Shown in pieces: positions 34,233-43,179 of a stretch of DNA of 64,000 bases. The stretch's first letter is position 1. Every line of letters begins with the position of its first letter. The position numbers and the translations under genes were made by a program. The notes under the pieces are model-generated. The model saw only the letters and a program-made list of their open reading frames with translations, ran no database searches and was not told where the DNA came from. Where the stretch lies: contig JANXYP010000193.1 in NCBI GenBank assembly GCA_025355955.1, positions 3,597-67,596 on the forward strand. Direction: 5' to 3'. Source of the DNA: Chloroflexota bacterium. Lineage in GTDB: Bacteria; Chloroflexota; Chloroflexia; QHBQ01.

Positions 34233-34673
34233 ATGAGAACTATGAAGAAATATATCGCAATGGTGGGGGCGCTGTGCGCGGTCAGCTTGACCATAGTGGT
34301 TGCGCTGCGAATCGAGCCGGGGGCGTGGGCGGTGATTGCTGGTATCTTCTTCGGCGGCCTTGCCAGTGTGCCGATGTGCTTTATCGCGCTGATGCTGCTG
34401 CGTCACCAGGTGGTGGCTCCCACGCAGTCGCAGCCCCACTACCAACCCCAGCCGCAGCTGATCATCGTGCGCGAACCAACGCTGCCCCGCCGCCAGCCGC
34501 AAACTTCCATTCACCCAGCGCCTCAGCCGCAGTATAACAATGAGGATGAGGAGTACATCGAGGGCGACTTCTACGAGTATGGGCAACCGGCTGCTGGGCC
34601 GCGCCCGGCATATGGCACGCACGTAGTCAACCAGCAGCCCACCAGCGTCCGCGTCATCGGCGGTCGCCGCTAA
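34233..34673 (+). CDS. Small two-TM membrane protein with a P/Q-rich tail
   Basis: Two hydrophobic helices (IAMVGALCAVSLTIVVAL, AVIAGIFFGGLASVPMCFIALMLL). The start is ambiguous (TTG 34221, ATG 34233, ATG 34242). Confidence 0.55.
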   Translation: MRTMKKYIAMVGALCAVSLTIVVALRIEPGAWAVIAGIFFGGLASVPMCFIALMLLRHQVVAPTQSQPHYQPQPQLIIVREPTLPRRQPQTSIHPAPQPQYNNEDEEYIEGDFYEYGQPAAGPRPAYGTHVVNQQPTSVRVIGGRR

Positions 34674-34714
34674 TCAAATCCAACCAACGAACCACGATTA
34701 TAAGGAGAACTGCT

Positions 34715-34978
34715 ATGATTTACCTCGGTTGGTATGACGACAACACTAAGAAGAAGACGGAAACCAAGATTGACGAAGCGATCGAGCGCTACGAGTTCAA
34801 GTACGGGGTCAGCCCCAACGTCTGTCTGGTATCGGAGAAGGAATTGGTAGAGCATACCCGTGTGCAAGTGCGACCGGTGCGCCACCTCCGCCTCAATTAT
34901 TTTTATCTCGGCATCGAAGAACCTAGTCTCACCCCCATCCCCATCGCCGCGCCTGTGCCAGAGGCAAAGGCAGCCTAG
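34715..34978 (+). CDS. Small hypothetical protein (87 aa)
   Basis: Strong RBS (TAAGGAGAA) 7 nt before the ATG and non-repetitive, protein-like composition. No family recognised. Confidence 0.55.
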   Translation: MIYLGWYDDNTKKKTETKIDEAIERYEFKYGVSPNVCLVSEKELVEHTRVQVRPVRHLRLNYFYLGIEEPSLTPIPIAAPVPEAKAA

Positions 34979-35469
34979 TAAACCCATCCTCCAAAGGGGG
35001 GGGCGGGGAGGGGGAGTAGTACCTAGCTCACGGACCCACCCCCAGCCCCTCCCGGTGGGAGGGGAGTCCTGGCAAAAACCCGCTAGCAAAGGGAGAGCGC
35101 CATCTACTTCACGGACCCACCCCTAGCCCCTCCCGCAGGGAGGGGAGTCTAGCAACCCCAAACTACATTCTACATTCTACAATTCATAGCGGGAGGTGAG
35201 CGTGTTCCCCCAAACACCCACTCCCCTGTTACACAAAGGGTGCAGAATAGGTCATGGCCCGGCCTGTGCTGCTCCCTTTGTGTATATCTACCGCTGGGCA
35301 GCCTGCCTGCACTCGGTTATAATGGGCTGGAAGTGGAGTACAAGAAAGGAGCAGCAAGCACCCCGAAGTCCCCCCAAACGTAGGGGCGGGCGTTGGCCCG
35401 CCCAGTCGAGCGAGCCTGTCAGCCAACTTATTTAACACTCAACCACACAAACAAAAGGAGGGTACAACC

Positions 35470-35838
35470 GTGTTTTACATTGCTACCACGACCGTTTTCG
35501 TCAGCGATCAGGACAAGGCCATGGATTTCTACGTCAACAAGCTCGGTTTCAAGATGGTGAACGACGTAACACAACAGGGCTATCGGTGGCTGGAAGTGGG
35601 GCCGCCTGGAGCGCAGACCAGCGTGGTACTATCTCTGCCAATGGAGGGCCATGAGGCAGGCAAGTCAGTCGGGGTGCATCTCAATACCGACGACATCCAG
35701 GGGTTGCACCAGCAATGGACCGCCAAAGGGGTCGAGTTCAGCGAAGCGCCCACTGAGTACTTCTATGGTTGGCAGGCGCAACTTGCCGACCCCGACGGCA
35801 ATAGCATCGTGCTGGTGCAGCCTGCCGCGCAAGGGTAA
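35470..35838 (+). CDS. VOC (glyoxalase/bleomycin-resistance/dioxygenase) family protein
   Basis: AAGGAGGG RBS with a GTG start. Sequence …VFVSDQDKAMDFYVNKLGFK…DPDGNSIVLVQ. Confidence 0.8.
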   Translation: MFYIATTTVFVSDQDKAMDFYVNKLGFKMVNDVTQQGYRWLEVGPPGAQTSVVLSLPMEGHEAGKSVGVHLNTDDIQGLHQQWTAKGVEFSEAPTEYFYGWQAQLADPDGNSIVLVQPAAQG

Positions 35839-35948
35839 TGCAAGTCTGTAGGGGCGGGCTGCGGCCCGCCCTCGTCGAATGCATCAATGCCCATTTGCCG
35901 CGCCATACAACGGATCTGCTATTCGGAAAGAGAGAAAAGGAAAAAGCG

Positions 35949-36329
35949 ATGATTAAAGATTTTCCAATCGCCACCATCTACGTGAGCGATCAGGACCGCG
36001 CCCGCGACTTCTACGTGAACAAGCTGGGCTTCAAGTCTGAGGAGATGCCCATGCCAGGGGGGATGCGCTGGGTGGTGGTCTGGCCGGAGGGGGCGGCGAC
36101 TGCGTTTACCCTGATGCTGCCAAGCTCGGCTGAGGAAAAGGTAGGGGTCGCCACCGGCTTCGTCTTTTCCAGCGACAATCTGGAAGCCGACTACCAGGAG
36201 ATGACCGCAAAGGGCGTAAAGTTCACCATGCCGCCCACCAACCAGGGTTGGGGTATGCTCAGTGAGTTCGAGGATGCCGACGGCAATCGCATCGGCCTGT
36301 CGCAGACAAACAGCGCGCCGCAAGTCTGA
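35949..36329 (+). CDS. VOC family protein (paralogue of 35470-35838)
   Basis: The ATG at 35949 gives MIKDFPIATIYVSDQDRARDFYVNKLGFK…DADGNRIGLSQ. The upstream part of the ORF crosses a REP element. Confidence 0.8.
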   Translation: MIKDFPIATIYVSDQDRARDFYVNKLGFKSEEMPMPGGMRWVVVWPEGAATAFTLMLPSSAEEKVGVATGFVFSSDNLEADYQEMTAKGVKFTMPPTNQGWGMLSEFEDADGNRIGLSQTNSAPQV

Positions 36330-36440
36330 TAAGGTCAGACATGAGTCATCCCGATCTTTAGGCAAAAAGCCCGGGCGGGGGTTGGGGGAATCTTGAAGCG
36401 CACCAATGCCGATATATGTGCAAAGGCACAAAGCTCCATT

Positions 36441-36566
36441 AGGCATTGATAAAGTTCGAGCTTTCTCCCTCAACCCCCGCTGGAGGCTTAGTTGATCAAG
36501 TTTAGGCATTAACACAGTTCGAGCTTTCTCCCCCAACCCCCGCTGGGGGCTTAGTTGATCAAGTTT
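36441..36566. repeat. Two tandem 63-bp repeat units
   Basis: AGGCATT…GTTCGAGCTTTCTCCC(T/C)CAACCCCCGCTGG(A/G)GGCTTAGTTGATCAAGTTT x2. A related fragment is at 61690-61760. Confidence 0.85.
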
Positions 36567-36598
36567 CGGTGTTTTGTATTACGCCAACTTCAGTCAGT

Positions 36599-37768
36599 TC
36601 AATCTTCGATTACTACGCGGCGACCACTACGGATGCTGAGGGTAGGTTCGGGCTTTTGCGCGGGGTCGACCGGCAACGCCTCGGCCTGGCCCCAGGCGGT
36701 GGTCTGCCAGTTGTCGGTGGCATCGGGCGCAGGCATCCAAGGGGGCAGGTCGAGCAGCAGGTGGCTGGCAAGCGAGTAGACGTAAGGCTCGTACAGCGCC
36801 CGCAATTCGGCGAGGCGCAGGCTGTCGAGGAACTCGGTGTGCGGCTGCAAGCCCCCGGCAGTCAACTCGGCGCGCAGGTGGGCAAGGGTGTCGGGGTTTA
36901 GCCGGGCCAGACTGGACAGGCGCGGCGCGGTGCTGAAGATCTGGGCGAGGTCGACCGCAGCGTGGCGGGCCATTGCAAAGGTGCGCCGCGCCTGTAGCAC
37001 TGGGATGCCTTCGATGCCCACGATGATCAGGGTGCAGGCATCCAGGATCATAGTCAGGGCAGCGACCCACGACTGGTTCTCGTGCTGGGAGCGGAAGTAA
37101 GCCAGCGCGGGGTAGGAGATATGGCTCTCCAGCAGTTCCGCTGACCAACGCTCCCATTCCATCAGCACATCGTTGACCTCCGCCGGATCACCATCTTCAG
37201 AATAGCGGCGCAGCAACTCGCTAGCGGTGGGCGGCGATCCGGCCTGCCCATCGAGTAGCGATACGCTGATCTCGCGTTTGGAGAACGATTGATAGAAGGT
37301 AGGGATGTAGCCAATCACCAGCGCAAGGAAGCCGAAGCCGGTGCCAGTTTCCAGCACGGCAATAAGCCGCCCTGGCCCAGTGGTGGGCGCAACATCGCCA
37401 TAGCCGAGGGTAAAGTAGGTAACTCCACTCTGGTAGAGTAGGGTGCCAAAGCCCTCGCTGCCGCTGTTCATTTGCCCACCAAAGGCCCATTGCATTCCGG
37501 CGAAGCCGACAATCAGCACTACTGTCCATGTAACCAGCAGCAGGATCAGGGATAGCGGGCCATAGAAGCTAAGGAAGGTTTCGCGCCTGCCGCTCGACTT
37601 GATGCGCCGCCCCACTGCCGACCAGGGCTTCCAACTGAAAAAATAGAACAGGCTAGTAAGGCGATAGCGCTGCGTAACGCGGCGAGGTAGGATAATTGTC
37701 TCAAAAGCATCGAGCAACACCACAAAGATGAGAAAAGCACTGACTAGCGCTACCAATATCTGCAACAC
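36599..37768 (-). CDS. Potassium channel family protein (2-TM pore with TLGYGD filter) with a C-terminal cytoplasmic domain
   Basis: Selectivity filter YFTLGYGDVAP flanked by hydrophobic helices. Confidence 0.8.
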   Translation of the reverse strand: MLQILVALVSAFLIFVVLLDAFETIILPRRVTQRYRLTSLFYFFSWKPWSAVGRRIKSSGRRETFLSFYGPLSLILLLVTWTVVLIVGFAGMQWAFGGQMNSGSEGFGTLLYQSGVTYFTLGYGDVAPTTGPGRLIAVLETGTGFGFLALVIGYIPTFYQSFSKREISVSLLDGQAGSPPTASELLRRYSEDGDPAEVNDVLMEWERWSAELLESHISYPALAYFRSQHENQSWVAALTMILDACTLIIVGIEGIPVLQARRTFAMARHAAVDLAQIFSTAPRLSSLARLNPDTLAHLRAELTAGGLQPHTEFLDSLRLAELRALYEPYVYSLASHLLLDLPPWMPAPDATDNWQTTAWGQAEALPVDPAQKPEPTLSIRSGRRVVIED

Positions 37769-37922
37769 AGTTATCCTCCTAAGTCATAACCTACTCCCAA
37801 TAAAATGATTGCTTTATTATACCAAATTGAACGAAAAGCTCCCGATGGGAGCTTTTTGCATCAATGCGCTGCTTACCCTCTCCCAACCTCCCCCGGTGGG
37901 GAGGGGTTTGCTGATAACCCTT

Positions 37923-37950
37923 CTCAGTCCTCAGTCCTCAGTCCGCATCA
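37923..37950. repeat. Tandem heptanucleotide array (CTCAGTC) x3
   Basis: ctcagtc x3 then cgcatca, ending 6 nt from the minE stop (37956). Confidence 0.8.
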
Positions 37951-37955
37951 CGTCG

Positions 37956-38231
37956 CTACGTTCGCGCCCTCTTCACCGGGATGTTGGCGGTCAATTTGTC
38001 GAACTTTTCGCCTTTAGTCAGGTTGAACTCCACACCCTCCGGTTCGATCTCCACGTACTTGCTGATCACGGCAACCAATTCGGCGCGGATGGCATCCATC
38101 ACCTCCGGCGGCAGGTTGACACGGTCTTGCACCAGCACCACCTGCAGGCGCTGCTTGGCGGCATGAGCGGGGGTGCCGACCCATTCCGAGGGGCGTTCAC
38201 GGCCCAGCAGTCTGTTCCAGAAGCCCATCAC
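37956..38231 (-). CDS. minE: Cell division topological specificity factor MinE
   Basis: MMGFWNRLLGR…AKQRLQVVLVQDR…VISKYVEI. It overlaps minD by 4 nt. Confidence 0.9.
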   Translation of the reverse strand: MMGFWNRLLGRERPSEWVGTPAHAAKQRLQVVLVQDRVNLPPEVMDAIRAELVAVISKYVEIEPEGVEFNLTKGEKFDKLTANIPVKRART

Positions 38232-39055
38232 ACCCTCCTGCTGCGGCTGCGGTTGCTGCTGCCGCCACCAAATAGATTGCCCAGTCGCACCATCAGGCCG
38301 GGTCGCTCTTCAAGATCCATCAGCGGCACCTGTTCGCCGAGGATACGGCGGGCGATGTTGTTGTAGGCCAGCCCCGCCCGCGAACTCTTGTCGTAGACAG
38401 CCGGTTCGCCACGATTGGTGCTGGTGATGATCGCTTCATCGTCTGGCACGATGCCGAGCAGGTCAATCGCCAGAATGTCAATCACATCCTCCTGGCTCAT
38501 CATGTCGCCTCGCGCCACCATGTGCGGCTTGATGCGATTGAGGATCAGGCGGGGCAGGTGCAGGCCATAAGCCTCGACCAGCCCGATGATGCGGTCGGCA
38601 TCGCGCACCGCCGACACCTCCGGGGTGGTGACGATGATCACATCGTCGGCCCCGGCGATGGCGTTGCGAAAGCCCTGCTCGATACCGGCGGGTGAGTCCA
38701 CCAGCACGTAATCGAACTCGCTCTTAAGGTAGTTGCAGAGCTGCTGCATCTGCTCCGGGCTGACCGCATTCTTGTCGCGGGTCTGCGCCGCAGGCAGCAA
38801 CGCCAGTTCGGGCAGGCGTTTGTCCTTGATTAGTGCCTGGCGAGGGCGGCAACGGCCCTCCACCACGTCCACAATGTCGTAGACGATGCGGTTCTCCAAC
38901 CCCATCACCACATCGAGGTTACGCAGGCCAATGTCAGCATCGAGTACCGCCACCTTCTTGCCGTGCATTGCAATCGCGGTGCCGAGGTTGGCAGTGGTCG
39001 TTGTCTTGCCCACGCCACCCTTGCCGCTGGTTATCGTAATTACGCGACCGGCCAT
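38228..39055 (-). CDS. minD: Septum site-determining ATPase MinD
   Basis: MAGRVITITSGKGGVGKTT deviant Walker A and a C-terminal amphipathic tail. The ORF extension to 39139 is translated heptamer repeat. Confidence 0.92.
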   Translation of the reverse strand: MAGRVITITSGKGGVGKTTTTANLGTAIAMHGKKVAVLDADIGLRNLDVVMGLENRIVYDIVDVVEGRCRPRQALIKDKRLPELALLPAAQTRDKNAVSPEQMQQLCNYLKSEFDYVLVDSPAGIEQGFRNAIAGADDVIIVTTPEVSAVRDADRIIGLVEAYGLHLPRLILNRIKPHMVARGDMMSQEDVIDILAIDLLGIVPDDEAIITSTNRGEPAVYDKSSRAGLAYNNIARRILGEQVPLMDLEERPGLMVRLGNLFGGGSSNRSRSRRV

Positions 39056-39070
39056 AGTTCCCCCTTCGGG

Positions 39071-39105
39071 GAGTTTTGAGTTTTGAGTGCTGAGTTTTGA
39101 GTGAA
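39071..39105. repeat. Heptanucleotide array (GAGTTTT/GAGTGCT mixed)
   Basis: gagtttt-gagtttt-gagtgct-gagtttt-gagtgaa, 16 nt upstream of the minD ATG. Confidence 0.9.
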
Positions 39106-39144
39106 AGGCTTCCGAACAAACGGGGTTAACCTTAGCCAATGTTC

Positions 39145-39179
39145 AACTCAAAACTCAAAACTCAAAACTCAAAACTCAT
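39145..39179. repeat. Heptanucleotide array (AACTCAA) x4-5, inverse of 39071-39105
   Basis: It abuts the minC stop codon (39179-39181). Confidence 0.9.
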
Positions 39180-39982
39180 TATAATTTCCACCGCTCCACC
39201 ACAATGCCCCCGTCCACCACGCGGGCGATTTCGGGATAGGCGTGTTCAGCTTCCGGCTTGCCGCCCAGGCCGAGGATGCGGACGCGGCGTTTGTATGGCT
39301 CCGGGCTGGGGCCGCGCCCAGCCACTTCGGCGATGCGTAGAATGGTCGGCGCGAGGATGAGAGCGCAGATTACCGCCTTGTCGTTGCCGCTTGCCCCGGC
39401 ATGAACCATGCCGCGCAGGCTGCCCCAGACCACCACATCGCCACCGGCAACCACCTCCGCACCTGCATTGACATCGCCGACGATGCAAATATCGCCATCG
39501 TGGCGCAGCCGCTGACCGCTACGCACGGTGCGGCGCACGAACATTGCGCCACCGCCGGTAATCTCCTCGGTTGGAGGGCTGATTACCTCTGCAGTGCGCT
39601 TGTTGGCTTCATCATCGCTCTTGCCGCGCAGCACCGCGCCTGCCAACCGCCCCGCCGCGCCACCCGCAAAGCTGGGCGCACGCGACTTTAGCTCTAGCAT
39701 ACTGGCGGCGTGGCGGGTGTCGTCTGCGGTGCTGACTACGGTATCCAGGGTCATCTGGTAGCGGCCCAGCGCCTCGATAAGCGCCGTCAGTTCGTCCTTG
39801 CCCAGCGCCCTGCCACCCAGGTTGGCAGTCACCTTCGCCCCGCTGAAGAAGCTCTGGCTGGCCTGCACCCGCTGGTCGAACTCGGCCAGCAACTCATTCC
39901 AGAGCATATGCTCATCGAGCAGCACCAGCAGCCCGCCGCGTACCCCTTTGATAATCACCGCTTCGCTCTGCGTGGTCGCCAT
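39179..39982 (-). CDS. minC: Septum site-determining protein MinC
   Basis: C-terminal beta-helix motif …ICIVGDVNAGAEVVAGGDVVVWGSLRGMVHAG… It lies immediately upstream of minD. Confidence 0.88.
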   Translation of the reverse strand: MATTQSEAVIIKGVRGGLLVLLDEHMLWNELLAEFDQRVQASQSFFSGAKVTANLGGRALGKDELTALIEALGRYQMTLDTVVSTADDTRHAASMLELKSRAPSFAGGAAGRLAGAVLRGKSDDEANKRTAEVISPPTEEITGGGAMFVRRTVRSGQRLRHDGDICIVGDVNAGAEVVAGGDVVVWGSLRGMVHAGASGNDKAVICALILAPTILRIAEVAGRGPSPEPYKRRVRILGLGGKPEAEHAYPEIARVVDGGIVVERWKL

Positions 39983-40000
39983 GTTCCCCTCACCATTTAA

Positions 40001-40033
40001 GATTGCAGCTTGCAGATTGCAGATTGCAGATTA
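40001..40033. repeat. Heptanucleotide array (GATTGCA) x4
   Basis: gattgca-gcttgca-gattgca-gattgca, 19 nt upstream of the minC ATG. Confidence 0.85.
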
Positions 40034-40072
40034 TAACATTATCTTTGCGCTTTTGTCATTTTCGTCCACATC

Positions 40073-40472
40073 TTAGTATTACAGCCTCAGTTGCCAGGCA
40101 AGATAACGTAGTTACGATTGGCCTGGACACTAAGGGGCAGGGCGTATGCGATTCGCGCCATAGACATCAAGCTGAGGAAACAGCCGCCCACATCATGCTG
40201 ATTTGTGCCTAATAGTGATGGCTCTCTGGGGGTCTGGGGGTTCAGCCCACCGCTGCTGCCCTGCTTCATTGCTGTGGGTTTGCCACACACTATGACTGGC
40301 TGCGCCGCCAAGCGGGTGGCATACGATGGGCATTGATGCGCTTGAGCCTCAGGGGGCTGAATCCCCAGACCCGCAGGCCATCCCCTACTTTCTTAACTTG
40401 ATGCCGATGGGCGTATACGATTCGCCCCTACCCCAATCTGGCGCTAATATGCCAACTGAGGCTGTAATATTA
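40073..40472. mobile_element. Composite MITE: family-A element (flanked TTAG/TTAG) carrying a nested family-B element (40155-40413)
   Basis: Same termini as 4497-4628. Its internal REP core is split and duplicated around a 259-bp insert homologous to 5591-5848. Confidence 0.75.
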
Positions 40473-40610
40473 GGGTGAAGTTCACAGTATTGCGATCCCC
40501 ACCAGGGCGGGCCACCGCCCCTACGTTTGCCCAATAACCGTAACACATCCCCCATCTTATGCGACTGTGGCATAGGAACGCAAAATGTTGCGGCAAAGAT
40601 GATGTAAGCC

Positions 40611-40643
40611 CAATCTGCAATCTAAAAGCTGCAATCTGCAATC
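40611..40643. repeat. Heptanucleotide array (CAATCTG), inverse of 40001-40033
   Basis: caatctg-caatcta-aaagctg-caatctg-caatccc, ending 3 nt from the mrdA stop (40646). Confidence 0.85.
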
Positions 40644-40645
40644 CC

Positions 40646-43153
40646 CTACTTCAGCGTCTCGCTGAGGTTGAAGTAATACTTGTATATATCCGCCGCTACA
40701 GGTGCGGCGTAGGTGGTGCCTTCAAGCTGGCGGCTGTTGACCTGGCCATTGCCAGCACCGCCCTGGATGAAGACGGTGACGGCGATCTGGGGGTTGTCGA
40801 AGGGGGCGAAGCTGGTGAACCAGGCATGGCTGGGGCGATACTGCTTGCCGGGCAACGGTTCGCCGAACTCCGCCGTGCCGGTCTTACCCGCCACCGCCAG
40901 CGAGGTGTAGTTGATGCGGCGGGCGGTGCCGTAGACCCCATCGCCACCAGTGACCGCGATACGCATCCCCTGGCGCACCACCGCGAGGTTGGCGGCGCTG
41001 ACCTGCACCTGACCTAGCACCTTCGACTGGAAGTTTTGCACCGTGCTGCCGCTATGATCGCCGCTGTTGACCCGATAGACGAGGGTCGGCTGGTAGAGCG
41101 TGCCGCCGTTGGCAATCGCGGCGGTGGCGTTTGCCAGCTGCAGCGGTGTAACCAGGTCATAGCCCTGGCCGATCGAGCTAATCAGGGTGTCGCCCAACGA
41201 CCAGTCATCGTTGAAAGTTTTCAGCTTCCACTGGCGATCAGGCACCCGCCCCACTGCCTCATTGGGCAGTTCGATGCCGGTGGGCTGGCCCAAACCGAAA
41301 TACTGGGCATACTGGTTGATGCGCTCGATGCCCAACCCGTTGAAGAAGATGGGTGAGTTGGAGTTGGGCGGTAGGAAGCGGGTGTATTGCCCGTCGGTCT
41401 CCTGCTGCTTTGGCCCGCCCAGGTTGTAGAAGAAAGTATCGGACGAGTCACCCAATGCCTGCACTACGTTCAGGTTCTGGTTGCGGGCCAGGTTCCAGTC
41501 GTAGTATAGGTTGGATTTGGTATTGTCGCCGGTGTACGGCACGCGAATGTAGCCAGGGGTATAGTAGGTGCTATCGGGGGTGATGACCCCGCTCTGCAAG
41601 CCAGCGGAGGCCATAATCATCTTGAAGGTGCTGCCTGGCGGGTAGTTGCCACTGATGGCACGATTGAACATCGGCAGGTTGGGATCTTTGTTCAGCTTGT
41701 CGAAGTCGGCCTGGGAGATGCCGCTGGCGAACAGATTATTGTCATAGCTGGGCAGGCTGACCATTGCCAAAATCTGCCCGCTATGCACATCCTCGACGAT
41801 CGCTACGCCAGAGGTTACGCCCGCCTGCTGGATGTACTTCTGCAAGGAGGCAGTGACGGCTTTCTGCAAGCCCGTGTCAACCGTGAGGTAGACGTTATTA
41901 CCAGGAACTGGGGGGAGTTCGCCGATGGTGGCCTGGGGATTGCCGCCATTGTCCACCTGGACTTCCTTGATCCCCTTGCTGCCACGCAATTGCGACTCCA
42001 GCGACGCTTCAACACCTACAGCACCAACTTTGTCGCCAGGAAGATAGATGGGGCGCACCGGCTCGTCGGGGTGGTCGCCATTGAGGGGCAGGGGGTTGGC
42101 CGCCAGCGTTGTATCGCTAACGAGGCCGAGGTAGCCGAGCAGGTGGGCGAACAGCGGGCCGTCGCTGTAGACTCGAATTGGCTCAGTGACTGCGCTGCTG
42201 CCGGGCAACTCGCGGCTCTTTGTCGCCACCTGCATATAAACATCGTGGCTGACGTTGCTCTTGATGATGACAGGGTTGAGCGCAGTGCTGGAATAGGCCC
42301 GCAAATAGTTGTACTCGAGTTCGCTGCTGACATGGATGCCGGGCATAGCGGCGGCGTTCAACCTGATCTCCTCAGCCACCACATCACTGATTCCGCTGAA
42401 GACCATCACTGGGCGATCGTTACTGAGCGCGTCGCCCAGCTTGCTTGCAATCGTCTTGGCGTCTGGCCCACCGAGGGGGGCAAGCTCCTGGGCTAGATTG
42501 CTATAAACCATATTGCGGGCGGCCTCGTCAGACACTGCATTGTCGCCGCTGCCTTTTATCGGCAACTCCTGTGGCACCATGTAGACTACGTTGGGGGCGT
42601 TGACCAACGCGCTGAGGCCGTCGAACACTCGCTTCTGGGCGGCAGCCAGCCAAACGTGGGCCAGTACGTCGCCACCCTTACCGTCGGTCGCCTTGCTGAT
42701 CGCCGAGGCAGTGCTAGCATCCACAGCGGTTGCCAGCAGCAGTGGCTGGTATGGCCGCTGCGGGTCGGCAGCCGCCACGGTGCGGGACAACGATGCGCTG
42801 GTTATATCGGGACGGTTTAGCAGGGTTGCCAGCTTGCTGTAGAAGGCAATGCGGGCGGCAGCGTCGGTGGGCAGGTTGGCGGGGGTAACATATAGGTCGT
42901 TGCCAGTGGGTAGGTCGGTGCGAGTCACGGCGATGGCGTAGCGGGGGTCGTTCTTCACCAGTTGGTAGCCGTTGCGGTCGTAGATGATGCCGCGATCGGG
43001 GTTGGTGAAGATGTCGCGCACGGATGTCTGCTGCGCCTGCGCCTTGTACTTATCGGCCAGATTGAACTGCATATTCCAAAGCTGCAGCACCAGCAGCAGC
43101 AGGGATATGCCGATCACGATCTGGAAGGCGGTGGTGTTCAGGGTTTTTTTCAT
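40646..43153 (-). CDS. mrdA: Penicillin-binding protein 2 (elongasome transpeptidase) with an enlarged N-terminal pedestal region
   Basis: Single N-terminal TM, transpeptidase motifs (GSTFKM, SSD/SxN region, KTGTAE), and position after mreBCD. ATG at 43153 (TTG at 43156 in the track). Confidence 0.88.
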   Translation of the reverse strand: MKKTLNTTAFQIVIGISLLLLVLQLWNMQFNLADKYKAQAQQTSVRDIFTNPDRGIIYDRNGYQLVKNDPRYAIAVTRTDLPTGNDLYVTPANLPTDAAARIAFYSKLATLLNRPDITSASLSRTVAAADPQRPYQPLLLATAVDASTASAISKATDGKGGDVLAHVWLAAAQKRVFDGLSALVNAPNVVYMVPQELPIKGSGDNAVSDEAARNMVYSNLAQELAPLGGPDAKTIASKLGDALSNDRPVMVFSGISDVVAEEIRLNAAAMPGIHVSSELEYNYLRAYSSTALNPVIIKSNVSHDVYMQVATKSRELPGSSAVTEPIRVYSDGPLFAHLLGYLGLVSDTTLAANPLPLNGDHPDEPVRPIYLPGDKVGAVGVEASLESQLRGSKGIKEVQVDNGGNPQATIGELPPVPGNNVYLTVDTGLQKAVTASLQKYIQQAGVTSGVAIVEDVHSGQILAMVSLPSYDNNLFASGISQADFDKLNKDPNLPMFNRAISGNYPPGSTFKMIMASAGLQSGVITPDSTYYTPGYIRVPYTGDNTKSNLYYDWNLARNQNLNVVQALGDSSDTFFYNLGGPKQQETDGQYTRFLPPNSNSPIFFNGLGIERINQYAQYFGLGQPTGIELPNEAVGRVPDRQWKLKTFNDDWSLGDTLISSIGQGYDLVTPLQLANATAAIANGGTLYQPTLVYRVNSGDHSGSTVQNFQSKVLGQVQVSAANLAVVRQGMRIAVTGGDGVYGTARRINYTSLAVAGKTGTAEFGEPLPGKQYRPSHAWFTSFAPFDNPQIAVTVFIQGGAGNGQVNSRQLEGTTYAAPVAADIYKYYFNLSETLK

Positions 43154-43179
43154 CAAGTTTCCGCTCTATGTGTCGAATC

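Noticed and set aside
33994-34537. ORFs 33994-34224 and 34115-34537 with PPxGRG-type repeats
   Set aside because: They are translations of the 41-bp hairpin tandem array. They have periodic identical peptide blocks and overlap the better-supported small membrane protein.
35919-36536. 205-aa minus-strand ORF
   Set aside because: It is antisense to the second VOC gene and extends into the 63-bp tandem repeats; a shadow ORF.
39056-39139. Longer MinD start (ATG at 39139)
   Set aside because: The extra 28 codons are translated heptamer array (…FHSKLSTQNSKL…). The canonical MinD N-terminus MAGRVITITSGKGGVGKTT starts at 39055.
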